From the NCBI GenBank assembly GCA_023231475.1, contig JALJEE010000208.1, positions 1 to 64,000 of the forward strand: a stretch of DNA of 64,000 bases, given 5' to 3'. The DNA comes from Seison nebaliae (lineage: Eukaryota). Both the position numbers and the translations under genes were made by a program. The notes below the pieces were generated by a model. It made no database searches, was not told where the DNA came from, and saw nothing but the letters and a program-made list of their open reading frames with translations. Below, piece by piece: positions 1 through 11,731 of the stretch; the first letter of the stretch is position 1; the number at the start of each line of letters is the position of its first letter.

Positions 1-1
1 T

Positions 2-163
2 GAAGATATTCGAAAAAATTTTCAATTAACTCCGAATAAAAAAAACTGCAAATGTATCATTGAAGAAGACAGCGGAATTTGCCACAAAGTCGTCAAAAAA
101 GCTACCGTTAGTCATATGAAGCAACACATTAGAACGAATCATAGAAATTTTGAGATTCATTAG
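2..163 (+). CDS. 3' end of an ORF encoding a BED-type zinc finger (host gene or hAT-transposase relic), open at the window edge
   Basis: Frame 2 reads EDIRKNFQLTPNKKNCKCIIEEDSGICHKVVKKATVSHMKQHIRTNHRNFEIH*. The aromatic-Cys...Cys...T-x-S-x-M-x-x-H-x4-H layout fits zf-BED. Not in the ORF track. Confidence 0.5.
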   Translation, partial: EDIRKNFQLTPNKKNCKCIIEEDSGICHKVVKKATVSHMKQHIRTNHRNFEIH

Positions 164-592
164 TTTATTGAATTACTATTGAACAATAATTTTTTATAAA
201 CTTTTCTTTGAAGAATAATATGAGGAAATTTTATGAATGTGCTCAAGTAATTGAGCGGAGAAGTAAAAATGAGTGGTATTTGACGTATTGGTGATAGGAG
301 AAGAGCTAAAAGTGATAAAGAACTAAAAAGGAAAAGTGAGCTTTAGAAATTAATTTTAGAGTTTGCTACTTCTACTCCAATTGGGAATATGAGAAGATGT
401 CAATTATATATGAAGAGAATAGACATAAGCTTCATTTTCTATTGATAAATGAGAGAAGAAGGTTCATTGTCGAATTGTGTGAATATTTGAGAATGAACGC
501 GAAAATTTTATTTAAATAATAAATAAAAAGGAATTTGATAATTTTTTTCTGTTCATATTTAAAATTTGAGAAGTGATTAATTATTGAGAGGA

Positions 593-2305
593 ATGAGTAG
601 AAACAATATTCCAACAACTAACACCAGTTCAATGTCAACATCGACCATGTCAACAAAAGAATTATTGCCACAATATCAGGGAACATTGTGGAAATGGACT
701 AATTATTGGGGATTGTGGCAACCCAGATGGTTCGCTTTACGCAACAATGTCCTCAGTTATTATCTCAATCAATCCGAACAAGAAAGTGGTTGTCGTGGTT
801 CGATTCAATTGGAAGGTGGTGAATTACGATCTCATTCTGCTGATCCACTTCGATTCGACATATTAATTCCATCTGAGAATAATAATGGATATTGTTTGAA
901 AGCGGCTAATACGAAAGAACGTCAAATTTGGTTAACAGTTTTGGGATCGTCGAAATTACAAGCGAGTAATGTGAAATTTGTGGAATCGCGCATTACTCCC
1001 GCAATTCTTCCCTTAACGAATAATAATAATGATATGCCAAAAGTTCATCAATCGACATCTCCTTTAACTGTGGCGACGACGACAATGATGTCAAGTGGAA
1101 ATGGGAAAGATAACGAATCGAAGAAAAGTGCTTTATCATATCTTTCACCGACGAATGTGGAACAATCGGTAACAGATCAATTGATAACATTGAAGAAGAG
1201 AGAAGATGAATTGAGAATTTATTCACAACAATTAGCGAGAGATATAAAAAAGTTGAAGGAATCGGTTGTGGACGAAGCTCAAGTCGACGTAAAATTACTC
1301 GACAAACAGATATGTAGTATTGGTGACACTTGTGACGTATTTGTGAATTGTATCGAAGATTGTGTAGAAATCATTCATAATGAACGAGCACAACTCCATC
1401 TCCATATTTCTGCTCCATATCATCGTTCCGATTCGCCAAATTCTGTCCGAACATCCATCGACACAATTATCAATTTAAAATCGAATAAAGAAAAGAAGAA
1501 TGAAGAGAATGAAGAGAATAGAAAAGATGAAGATAAAGAAGAGAATATTACACTTTATCAATCAGCCGAAACGAGACGAATAGAAGAATTACGTCAACTT
1601 AATTTGCCTTATATCAAGAATTTCTTCAATGGACGATTACAATCCTTTAAATTGGTATTGAAGACAGATGATCCGAACAAGACACGAATCGACACTCAAC
1701 TATTCTTTGATGCCATCGGAAAATTAGTAGAAGTGTTCGACATTTTTCAAACGGTGTCCGTCGTACCAATTCAGTCAGATATTAACGGGAATGTAAAGAA
1801 ACTTCAAGTCTTTACTGAAAAGAATCCACAACGATATGAACATGATCTATTCGATTTGGTGAGAGATGAAATGGAAAAGAATACACAATTTAATGCAAAT
1901 TCAGCGACTGATGCCATTTTGTGGTTGAAGAGAACTTTGAGATTTCTTCATTCTCTTCTTCATTCCTTCACAGAAGGCGTCTTTGATGACCACATCAAAC
2001 AAAGTATTCAATCATTAACATTAAAACAATGTGCACAGAAAGCGTATACATCTGTCCTCAAGCCATATCATAATTGGATCACTAGAAGTGTCTTTTCCAT
2101 CGCATTCAACTCATTACCATATCGTGACGATTTCCTTCAACGTTTATTAATCGATGAGATACCAGAAGGTGAAAAACAATTATTCGTCGAACAATCGATT
2201 TGTCGAGACATTCTCATGTTCTGCGAAGAGTTGCATCCACTTCTTTTGGAACTCGACGAATTTTATTTGAAAAACGATCTCGAATCAAGAGACATTCTCA
2301 CATAA
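593..2305 (+). CDS. PLEKHA8: PH domain + glycolipid-transfer (GLTP) domain protein, FAPP2-like; intronless
   Basis: N-terminal PH domain (GTLWKWTNYWGLWQPRWFAL...GCRGSI) and C-terminal GLTP domain (DINGNVKKL, SATDAILWLKRTLRF, AYTSVLKPYHNWITR). First ATG is at 593. Confidence 0.9.
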   Translation: MSRNNIPTTNTSSMSTSTMSTKELLPQYQGTLWKWTNYWGLWQPRWFALRNNVLSYYLNQSEQESGCRGSIQLEGGELRSHSADPLRFDILIPSENNNGYCLKAANTKERQIWLTVLGSSKLQASNVKFVESRITPAILPLTNNNNDMPKVHQSTSPLTVATTTMMSSGNGKDNESKKSALSYLSPTNVEQSVTDQLITLKKREDELRIYSQQLARDIKKLKESVVDEAQVDVKLLDKQICSIGDTCDVFVNCIEDCVEIIHNERAQLHLHISAPYHRSDSPNSVRTSIDTIINLKSNKEKKNEENEENRKDEDKEENITLYQSAETRRIEELRQLNLPYIKNFFNGRLQSFKLVLKTDDPNKTRIDTQLFFDAIGKLVEVFDIFQTVSVVPIQSDINGNVKKLQVFTEKNPQRYEHDLFDLVRDEMEKNTQFNANSATDAILWLKRTLRFLHSLLHSFTEGVFDDHIKQSIQSLTLKQCAQKAYTSVLKPYHNWITRSVFSIAFNSLPYRDDFLQRLLIDEIPEGEKQLFVEQSICRDILMFCEELHPLLLELDEFYLKNDLESRDILT

Positions 2306-2450
2306 ACTTTATTCAACGATAGAATTATCATTTCCTTTCCGTCATATAAAATTTCATATTCCTTTTCATCAACAATCCATTTTTCTCTTTCTATTCTATT
2401 ATTTATTTATTTTTGACTCGTTTTCATTCTTAAAAATTTAGATCATTTCT

Positions 2451-3206
2451 ATGACTTTCCCATCAGCCAATTCTGCCGTTCGAACGGTATTAAATGGCGG
2501 CATTATATTGAGAAGATGGCCACTTGTCACTTCTCCCTTAAATCAAATTGAGAAGAAAATGATGAATGAACAGAAATTAATTGAAGATGAAAAAAGTTTC
2601 AAATCACTTCACGAATTACGTCATGAACAAGATCAACGATCAACTTCCAGCGTCGTCTTGGAAACGGCGAAAGATTTCCAATTGAAATGTCAGAAAGAAC
2701 ATGATACATTCTTCGGAAAGTTTGAGAGAGAATCGATTGATTCATCTGAGTACAATTCAGCTGAAATGGCACCAAATGAGAACATTTATCTCACCATCAA
2801 ATATAATCATTCGAAATATTTCTCATTTCCTTTTTTCCCATCGTCAACCATGTCAGATCAACAACAATCATTACACGATTTAACATTAAATCGATTCAAA
2901 GAAAGTTTTAAATTAAATCGTATGAGAATCAAATCTTTAGGCTCACACGTTCCATCTTTCCACTATTCTTATCGTTATCATTCACCGATTGATGGAAATG
3001 TATTGAATCATCTCTTCTTCCATAAATTCCAATTAGAGTTGGAGAATAATCATTTATTTAATCGATATCTTCAATCCGATAATATTATTGAATCGAATAA
3101 CAACAAAAATAATATAGAAATGATGAAATGGATGACAATTAAGGAGATGGGAAAGAATTTCCATCCGAAATTTTGGAAGAAATTTTCTAGAACTATTTTC
3201 ACTTAA
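2451..3206 (+). CDS. MRPL46: Mitochondrial ribosomal protein mL46-like
   Basis: GGIILRRWPLVTSPLNQIE...EKSFKSLHELR matches the mL46 N-terminal motif. The C-terminal region (GSHVPSFHYSYRY...LFFHK...W) fits the degenerate Nudix-like domain. Confidence 0.7.
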   Translation: MTFPSANSAVRTVLNGGIILRRWPLVTSPLNQIEKKMMNEQKLIEDEKSFKSLHELRHEQDQRSTSSVVLETAKDFQLKCQKEHDTFFGKFERESIDSSEYNSAEMAPNENIYLTIKYNHSKYFSFPFFPSSTMSDQQQSLHDLTLNRFKESFKLNRMRIKSLGSHVPSFHYSYRYHSPIDGNVLNHLFFHKFQLELENNHLFNRYLQSDNIIESNNNKNNIEMMKWMTIKEMGKNFHPKFWKKFSRTIFT

Positions 3207-3294
3207 ATTTCTCACTTTTCTCATATTGTTTTCAGAATAAATATCATTTTCTCTCCAACGTCTCATTTAATTTCTTCTTTCAGAATTTCATGTC

Positions 3295-3794
3295 ATGACA
3301 GAAATTAATGAATTAGATGAGATTTGTATTTTACGTGCATTCTTATGTCAACGACCATTTGGAGCGAGTCAACATTTCGATATGATACAAACTCATCATC
3401 TTCTCACCAAAATGAATCCAAACACATCCGTCGACGTGAATACTATGTGGAATTATTTAGGGAAACGTTTCGACATCAATTCCATCGTTTCTTTCCTCCT
3501 TCTCCTATTTTTGATTTATAAATTGATTTTTAGGGAAATTCAATTCCGTTACCAATGGAACTGGATTTTTATTCTAAAAAATCCGCAAACGATTTTCTTC
3601 CCTTTCATGAATATTATCAGTCCATGACAACACATCTACCACAAATCGTAAAGAAACCAACTCAAATCTCCGTTCAATCCCCACAAAAAACGAATCGGAT
3701 CACTCGATCGAAGAAATTGAAGGAGTTGGAGGAGACGGTCGTTTCTCCCACAGTCACCATTTCCAGTTTGAGAAAGAGCCGAAGAAACCATTGA
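3295..3794 (+). CDS. MRGBP: MRG-binding protein / Eaf7 (NuA4 subunit); 2 exons, intron 3487-3533
   Basis: DEICILRAFLCQRPFGASQHFDM...MWNYLGKRFDINSI matches the Eaf7/CT20 domain. A GTTTC...TAG intron joins it in frame to ORF 3555-3794. Confidence 0.75.
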
Positions 3795-4270
3795 AAAAAA
3801 GAAAGAAAGAATGAATGAATAATTTTTCAAATTTTTAAAAAAATCCAAATTATTTCAAACTCAATTTTTTTTTTATTCATGACGAATCCCCACGGGGTAA
3901 ATTAGAAAGAAAAAAAGATAACTCCTTAAAGGGGTTATTTAAAATAAGATTGCTATCCGACAGAAATATCGAAACTCGAGATCATCGATAACGTCCCATC
4001 AAGTGAAAACGGATAATTTATCGCGTAATAACGACAGAAAAACTAAAGAGGCGACGAGAAGTCTTCGCATTGTGTATAAGATGGAACTGGAAAAGTTGAA
4101 ATGCGGACAGAGTCAATTATTTAAATGTCATTATTCATGGAAATGATAAAATTTTTTTTTTGGTTTCTTTCTCATAAAGAAATCATGCAAATGAATATTA
4201 CTTTTAATTGACTTGTTGATTTGTAAAATATATAAGAAACATTTTATTTTCATCCTTCTATTACCCTCCA

Positions 4271-7200
4271 ATGAATATCCTTTTTCAATTATTCTTCTAC
4301 TTCTTCTCTTTGTTAGTGATAATAATCGAGAGTAAAAATTCGAATATCCGTTTCATTTCCACCGATGTACTCCAATCGTTTATTCGATTGAAAAATGATA
4401 AATTGAATAAAGAGAAACAGAATTTATTCTCCAATTTGAAGAATGTGAAAATTGGCCATCGTCAGAAGAGTAATCGAGGATTGCAACGTAAATTCCGAGC
4501 CGCCATCTGGTCCAATTATCCGATAACTGACGAATTTAATGAAGAGGATGGATTTTATTCATTTGAAGATGATCCTCAAGAATTGATGAAAGGACCTGAT
4601 TTCTCCAAATCTATAATTTCTCCTTCCAAACCTCAAACTTATACGTTTGATATGAATGAACGAAATTCCATCATTAACACTAACGAACAAGTCATCTATA
4701 ATCTCTTGGATGAAATGAGAAGTAAAAAGGTCGATAACGTCACTTCCCCAATTACTTTGATTGATAATAGATTGGATAAACAACCATCACACGACCAATA
4801 TAAACCAGTGAATTCGAATAAGAATTTAGGAAAATCAGGAATAATTCAATTCTCTCAACCGAAAAATTTAATTAACCAGAAACAAGAAACAATTAAATTA
4901 GTTCCACCGAAACCCAATTTCTCACATGGTCATCTTCAGAAAATCGGGAAATTTAACGATTTTCAAATCAAAGCAAACGTACCTGAACCGGCTAACTTCG
5001 GCAAAGTGCGATTAATAAAGAAACCCGAAGATTTTTTCAAAATCAACGAAAATAAAAAATATGGTAGTTTGGAGAAAGTGGAACACTTTCCTCAAATCGA
5101 CAAATACACTAAAATGAACATTTTGAAAAAAACGAAAAATATTCATGAACGGAAACAATCGAAAACTTTTCAGAATTTTGGAAGATTTAACGATTTCCAA
5201 TTATTGGAAAAACCGGGACGTTTCGAACAATTACAAAAGGCAGATATCATGTCGGAGTTTGGAGGACATGAAAGTGTTGGAAAATTTCAGCCGATTGATA
5301 CGGTTTCCATATCGACTAATTCAAAACCGAAAAACGATTTCTTATTGACTGTTAGTGAAAAAGAAAAAGTGAATAATAAAAGTCAATCGTTGTCAACTAA
5401 AGGAGAGAAAACTGGAAAGATGGGTCGATTACGAAATGGAAAATTGAACAAATATATGATAAAGAAAATCAAAGCGGAGAGGAAGATGACACTCTATCGA
5501 TTACAAGCAGCTGATATTGGTGAGTAAATCTTCTTTTATTCATCATCTTTAACTTATCCATATGTTGAATATTCTTAATATGATTAAGAAAAATCGAAAT
5601 TTATTTTAAAAAGTTTTTTTCTTCGGATCTCCCTAAAAATGTTCTTGATTTGTTCTATTTCAAATTCGAATGAATTTCGGTGTAAATTTAGAAAGAAAAA
5701 ATATCAATTGAAATAATCATTTTTCTTCTTCTAGTGAATATAATTTGGAAGAAATTAAAAGAATTACAACGTGTCGATCATTATGGTTGGTAATCTTTTT
5801 TTTTTAAACTAATTTTCTTCATAACATTCTATTCCAGATTCTCATGGTAGTAATTTATTGAAAGTTTCATTACTTTTGAAAAAATATGAAAGAAGTTAAT
5901 TTTTATTTAAATATTTCATTCTATTATTCATCTGAAAAGTCATTGAGAAAATTGACGATTTGAAAAGCAATCATCAATTCGCTTTAAAGATGATAAGTTT
6001 TATTTGTGATAATTCTACTGATCATTTAGATGATGTTAAAATAGGAAAAGAGAACAAGAAAATGAAAGCAGTCTTCTATTCTGACAATCGATCGAAATAT
6101 TCCTTCGATTTGAATAAATTGAGAGATATGAAAAATCTAAAAAAATCAAGTAGGAATCCGATATGAGAATGTGAAATTTTAGTTTGTTTTCAGAATTGGA
6201 GATTCTCGATAAGAAACTCGCATTGGCGAACAAAGAGAGATCGAGCAAAAGCGAACATTTTGATGATTACGAGAGACGAATAAGAAAATTAGAAAGACAA
6301 TTAGATAATGTTCATAAAAGTTCTCCATTTTCTTATTAGATAATGAATGAGATGATTAAACTATTTAGAAATTGAACTAGTTGAAGATTTCAGATTTAAT
6401 CCTCAACTTTACGATGCTTACAAGAAGAAACGTTTCTTTTCTTTTCTTTTTACCAATCAAATTATCTTTCTCAGTTCCAGAAGAGTTTGATATGGAAATG
6501 AAAGAATTAAGTTTGCTAATTAATTTAATAATTTAATTAATTTCATTATTAGATCTCAAAATGGAACATTTGGACAAGAAGATTTCTGACTTTGATAAAA
6601 AATTTATGCTGATCGAAATGAGTTTCCATTCACTTCTTTTTCTTTCGCTCATTTCTCAGTTCGAGAGAAACGTGGAGCTTTCAAGAATTTTTCATATTCG
6701 AAAGAATCGATGGAACGACTTGGTTAATAATTTATCAATGATAAATGAAAATTTAACTTTCTATTATTTTTAGATAGTGAAATTGAGGAGAAGAGTATCA
6801 TCATGAAGAACAAGAGAGCTGAAGTGACTACAGCGAAAGAAAGTTAGACAAGTGCGAATAATTCGATATGGCTACTTGAAACATTTTAGTCTTAAAAGAA
6901 GCTCTAGATAAATTTACAGGAACGAAAGAACGAGTAGCAGAATTATGTTAATTTAAAATAATTTTTGATTTAATTCCTAATGAAATTTGTTAGATAAAAT
7001 CAAAATCGGTTTACAATCCGAAACGACAGCGATAGGAAAGAGTTTGAAGCTAATGAAAGAAGGTTCACCGTTTTCTTACCAATTTCCATTTGACCACCCC
7101 TACTCAATTGTAGCGTCAACAAATTATACAAAACTGATCGTGGAAAGAAATGGGAAGTTGCTGGTATTAAATGCCGAGAATGATCGAACGTCAAATATAA

Positions 7201-8927
7201 TGGATGAGATCATACAATTACATATCGATAAATCGAATGGTTCTCAAACCGATAAGCTTATGTGTCATTAACAATTTTTATTTTTTAGAATTCAACAGTT
7301 TAAATAAAACGATGAAAGACTTGATGAAAACTCTGAAGGATCTCATCCTCCAATCACAACAGATCAACGGTCAAGGCAACAAAGATTTAGTGGTGATGCT
7401 CAAATGTTTCTTCTTCCTCTTTCTCAAATGTCAACTCACTTGAATTTACGTAGATATAAAGACGATTTTCCCATTAATCGATGCAACGAATTTTGCTGGT
7501 TTTTATTTTACGTTTGAACTAATTGTTATTTTTGAATTTTTATAGGAACAAATGTCGACACAAATTCATTAATTATCATAGCGAAAAATGGTTTCCCTTC
7601 ATTAAATCTTCGATTTGTTCAATGTCTTTCTATTAGAATTGGCGATGTTGAATTTGACTTATTTGGAATTACTCCCGAAATATGCGAAGAATTGTTAGAA
7701 TTCTTCTTCCCCCCATTGGACATCTCATTATCGACATATAATCTCATTAAATAATTTTCAGTAGGTGCAACATATAAAAAAGTTTATAAGAATACGTTAG
7801 TCTTCCCAAAAGATTTGACGACCGTTCCGAACAATTTCACTCAACTTTTCCAACGATCAACGCCCACCGATGAAATTCTTTCCACACTGGGCAGTTATAT
7901 TTTGGTTAAGGATAAGAAAGAAACATTAAAATTATTTTTTCAGAAAAACCAATAAATGAATTGAAAGTATTCAATGTGAGTTTAGGCAAATATAAAAAAT
8001 CTTTAAGTTATCTTCATGTTTGAGAATTGAGGAATTGCAAATTTTTAGATTCGACCAAGAACTTATTGAAAGAGAGTATGAAATTGAATGGGGAAAGCTA
8101 TCCGGATTATTGGAAACGAGAACTGAAATTGTTCAAAGGAACTCGAGCTGAATTGACAGCGACAATGAAGAAAGATATCATCATTTATAGTCTAAATACT
8201 GTAGATCAGATTTTAGCATTAGATTCAGATAAAACCAAAAATCTTATTAAACTCCGAATGAAGTGAATATTTTCATTTTGTTAATTTCATTCTAATAACT
8301 TCCTAGAGCTCAAATTGTTAACAATAACGGTGGTTGGAAAGCATTTGAAGATATGGACGATGCTAAATTAACTGAATTCTTCGGCACAGCAGTTACAACA
8401 CCCGACGTTTTCGTACTCTTATATGAAGGTTTCCAATCGACTAATGAATTAAGAATTATAATTATTCTATTGCAGAGGCAAATGTATTAGACTCACCTCT
8501 CAATATGGCGATCGAAGCTCCTCCACTCAAATTCTTTCCACCTATTTGGGAGAATACCTTTTCCATTTCAAGTGCTGTCAACTACATTTATCCCGATTCC
8601 CGTACGGTGACAACGGCGGAAACAGTTCCTGTAGCATCAGGGGAAACATTCGAAAATTCATTAACGACAGTATCAGATGCGCAAAAGAAAGATATCGATT
8701 TTTATGGGAAGAATATGGCCGTGCCGTATACTATCGTCTATCAGAGATTAACAACATCACCCAAAGATCGATTACATATGTATTTGAAGCCGGGAGCAGT
8801 TGCGAAAAAACTGATAGGAGCCACGGACGAAACGATCGACTTTTACGGTAAAATTATAGTAGATCGAACGGTTGCCATTCCATTAGGAAAAGAATTGGTT
8901 TGTGGAGTGCTTTACACCGATAAGTAA
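4271..8927 (+). CDS. Large multi-exon orphan protein with a predicted signal peptide, degenerate G[KR]F repeats, a coiled-coil middle and a globular C-terminus; exon structure only partly resolved and may be more than one gene
   Basis: Hydrophobic N-terminus. Long first exon ending at a GTGAGT donor (5520), then a chain of short exons bounded by GT...AG introns linking ORF pieces at 5960, 6561, 6987, 7204, 8027 and 8505. Confidence 0.5.
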
Positions 8928-9097
8928 TCGACGAATTTAAATTTGCGACGAATATGACCACAACTTCAAACATCAAGTGCAATAATTAGATGCATGTGCT
9001 CTCATGAGAATTATTTAAAACAAAATAAATTTTAATTTAATTTAAAAATAATTTAATGTTGAAATTCAATTTTGAAAGTTACTGGAAAGTGTTCGAA

Positions 9098-9745
9098 TTA
9101 AAACAATCTCTTCGAATATTCCTTCATCAAACTCTTCACTTCTTTCTCCAATATCTTGAACTTATTACGTACGGTCTTTCTATCCTCCACCGCATTTGTA
9201 TACTTAACATTAACATCTGCCAACTGTTTTTCGAGAGTGAAATAACTTTGCTCTAATGTAGGAACGTCGTATGATTGACGATTGGCACTAGCCACTACAT
9301 TCTCAGTATTACTACCACGTTCCTGATAGACGGGCTCTTGGGGAAGTGGAAACAAGTGTGACATTATTTCCATTATTCGGTCAGAGAGAACGATGTTGAG
9401 TAAGTAGAAGATAAGTAGAATTGCCAAGTATATCATCAGAATATAGTTACCTGCTGATGGTATGACATTCTCCTCGGCAACTACCGTATAATTGAAGGAT
9501 TGATGAGTTGGTACGAATTGCATCATTCCCAAACCAACCTTTTCAAAATCAAACAAAGAAAAAGAAAACAACGAAACAAAAAGAAAAAGAAAACTACAAA
9601 CTAAAACTAAAAAGTGAAGAAATAAGATAAAATGCCTTCGTTTATATAGTGCGCAATTGGGCGAAGTGAAAAACGAATTAATTTCGACTAATTTTTCGAT
9701 TGTCCCAATTAGAAGAAAGACGAATTCATTTTTTTTCTTTCTCAT
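9098..9745 (-). CDS. Hypothetical single-pass membrane protein with a C-terminal coiled coil (true start probably the internal MMQFVPTH)
   Basis: Hydrophobic segment YILMIYLAILLIFYLLNIVL and a heptad-rich C-terminus. The first ~70 codons look like U-rich non-coding sequence. Confidence 0.45.
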   Translation of the reverse strand: MRKKKNEFVFLLIGTIEKLVEINSFFTSPNCALYKRRHFILFLHFLVLVCSFLFLFVSLFSFSLFDFEKVGLGMMQFVPTHQSFNYTVVAEENVIPSAGNYILMIYLAILLIFYLLNIVLSDRIMEIMSHLFPLPQEPVYQERGSNTENVVASANRQSYDVPTLEQSYFTLEKQLADVNVKYTNAVEDRKTVRNKFKILEKEVKSLMKEYSKRLF

Positions 9746-10965
9746 TTCACTTTTAACTATTATTCATGTGAAGTATTGAAGCATTCATTTACACCTGAAC
9801 GATAAGTAGAGAGGAAAGAGAATATTTCGGACATACGTAAATGAATTGGAAGAAGAACATCTTCAAGAAGAAACATCAATATCCATCCAAACTTGTCTAA
9901 TTCGATTGGAAAGGATATTGAAAGATTCGTTTGTGATGAGAGAATTGCCAAGAAAAGTTATACAGGAGTTATGAGAATTGAAGGGAAAAATGAGAACTAG
10001 TCCACATTTCCACCAATGTGCAATACATACGAATAGTTTCATGTATAAAAAGAAGAATAGAATTATATTTCATAATTAGCATTCGGATAATTCATGCATT
10101 AATTTTAGTATAAAAAGAAATTTTTTCTTTTTATATCTTACTCACACGCGCAAGAGAGAAATCATCCTAATTCTTTCCTAATTCTATTTGACATTGTTCC
10201 TACAAATAAATATTGTTGATCTTCTCTCCCATATGATGATATTTATCGGAGAATTCCATTCCATCGTTTCGTGACATAATTTGAGGCAAGTCGACTTATG
10301 AATTCTGTAAGCGATTCTTGTCTAACATTTACCTATCGTTCTATTATTCTCCTTTTATCAATTCATTTTTCCTTTTGTGTTTTTCATGGAATATTCTCTA
10401 TGAGTCATCTCTCCTTTCTCTTCTAACATCTTCAAGATGATATGAAGAAAATGGAAGATACATATGCACCATTTTCCCTTTTCATCATTTTGCATCATTC
10501 ACATCAATATATGGGAAGGGAGATGAGGGAGAACTTGATAAAACAATCGAATATCAAACAGCTGTTGCGAATTAGAAAGAAGAAATTTTTTCTTTTCACG
10601 AAAATAATAATTATTATCATTTTAATGTTTCGATATAATTAAGTCGGCGATTTGATCGTTTGACGAATTAGATTTCAATCAAAAATTTCATATTTTACGA
10701 ACATATTAAGAGAGAATTGTGAGAATCGGCAATCAGTCCGAAAAATGAGAGCCTCATCCATGTGTGAACGACAAGTTCCCATGGACTTTGCTATCAATCG
10801 ACCTTTCCGCCATCTCAATTGATTGAACGGAAGAGGAGGAGGAGGACGATGACAAAATGGAATTCCTTTGAACATTCTTCATTTTCTTTTTCATTTTATT
10901 TACTCATCAGATATTCTTTCCATCTTCTATGTCACATAAATGATGTTCAATAACTTCTAAACGTC

Positions 10966-11304
10966 ATGAATTCCTCTTCAACGAAAACTAATAAACTCTC
11001 ATCTTCATCTGCTTGTCGACGCATCATATTTCCCACAAACACCACCACCACTAACAACAACAACACTAACAAGATAATCATCGACAAGCCGAACGTCAAT
11101 GAGTTATTGAACAATATTCTTAATGAACATCTTCGTTTGATGAAAGAGAAATGGAATTTCGATTTCGATCAATTCACTCCGTTGAATGGTCGATACGAAT
11201 GGGTGGACATATCGCCACATAACAACAATTATGATTCGAAGATGAAAATGAGAAAGAAGAAACAATTGAAGAAAATTAGGAAACCGTTTTTCCTTCGCAA
11301 TTGA
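10966..11304 (+). CDS. Cip/Kip-family cyclin-dependent kinase inhibitor (p21/p27/dacapo-like); the 3' end may be spliced at the GTTTT donor at 11286
   Basis: ACRRIIF cyclin-binding motif and KWNFDF...PLNGRYEW of the CDI domain. Confidence 0.85.
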   Translation: MNSSSTKTNKLSSSSACRRIIFPTNTTTTNNNNTNKIIIDKPNVNELLNNILNEHLRLMKEKWNFDFDQFTPLNGRYEWVDISPHNNNYDSKMKMRKKKQLKKIRKPFFLRN

Positions 11305-11340
11305 TTCACCTTCGCTTATCCATTTGCTTCTCTTGTATAG

Positions 11341-11398
11341 AACACACACACAAACACACATAAACACACATAAACACACACATAAGCACACACATATA
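11341..11398. repeat. Imperfect (CA)n / (AAACACACAT)n microsatellite
   Basis: aacacacacacaaacacacataaacacacataaacacacacataagcacaca is visible directly. Confidence 0.8.
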
Positions 11399-11731
11399 TA
11401 TTTCTCTTTTTTAATTTATTTTTCTTTTCAGTTCTCACAGTGAGTTCTCATTGTGTTCTCTTATACTATGAACGTTCTCAATTTCTCATGCAATCTCTTT
11501 TTCAAATAAAATCTCATGAAAAAAATAATAAGTATTTTGGAAATATTTCACTAGAAAAATTGAATTATATTTTTGAAAAAATCGAAAAAAAACTTCTTCA
11601 AAAAGGAGAAGAAGTTGAAGTAGAAAACGAGGAAGAAGAACAAGAAGAATTACTACCAGAGTTCATTTTTCTGTTAGTTCATCACAATTTATCCGGACGA
11701 ATAAATTATAATATAGTTCTAAAAATTTAAT

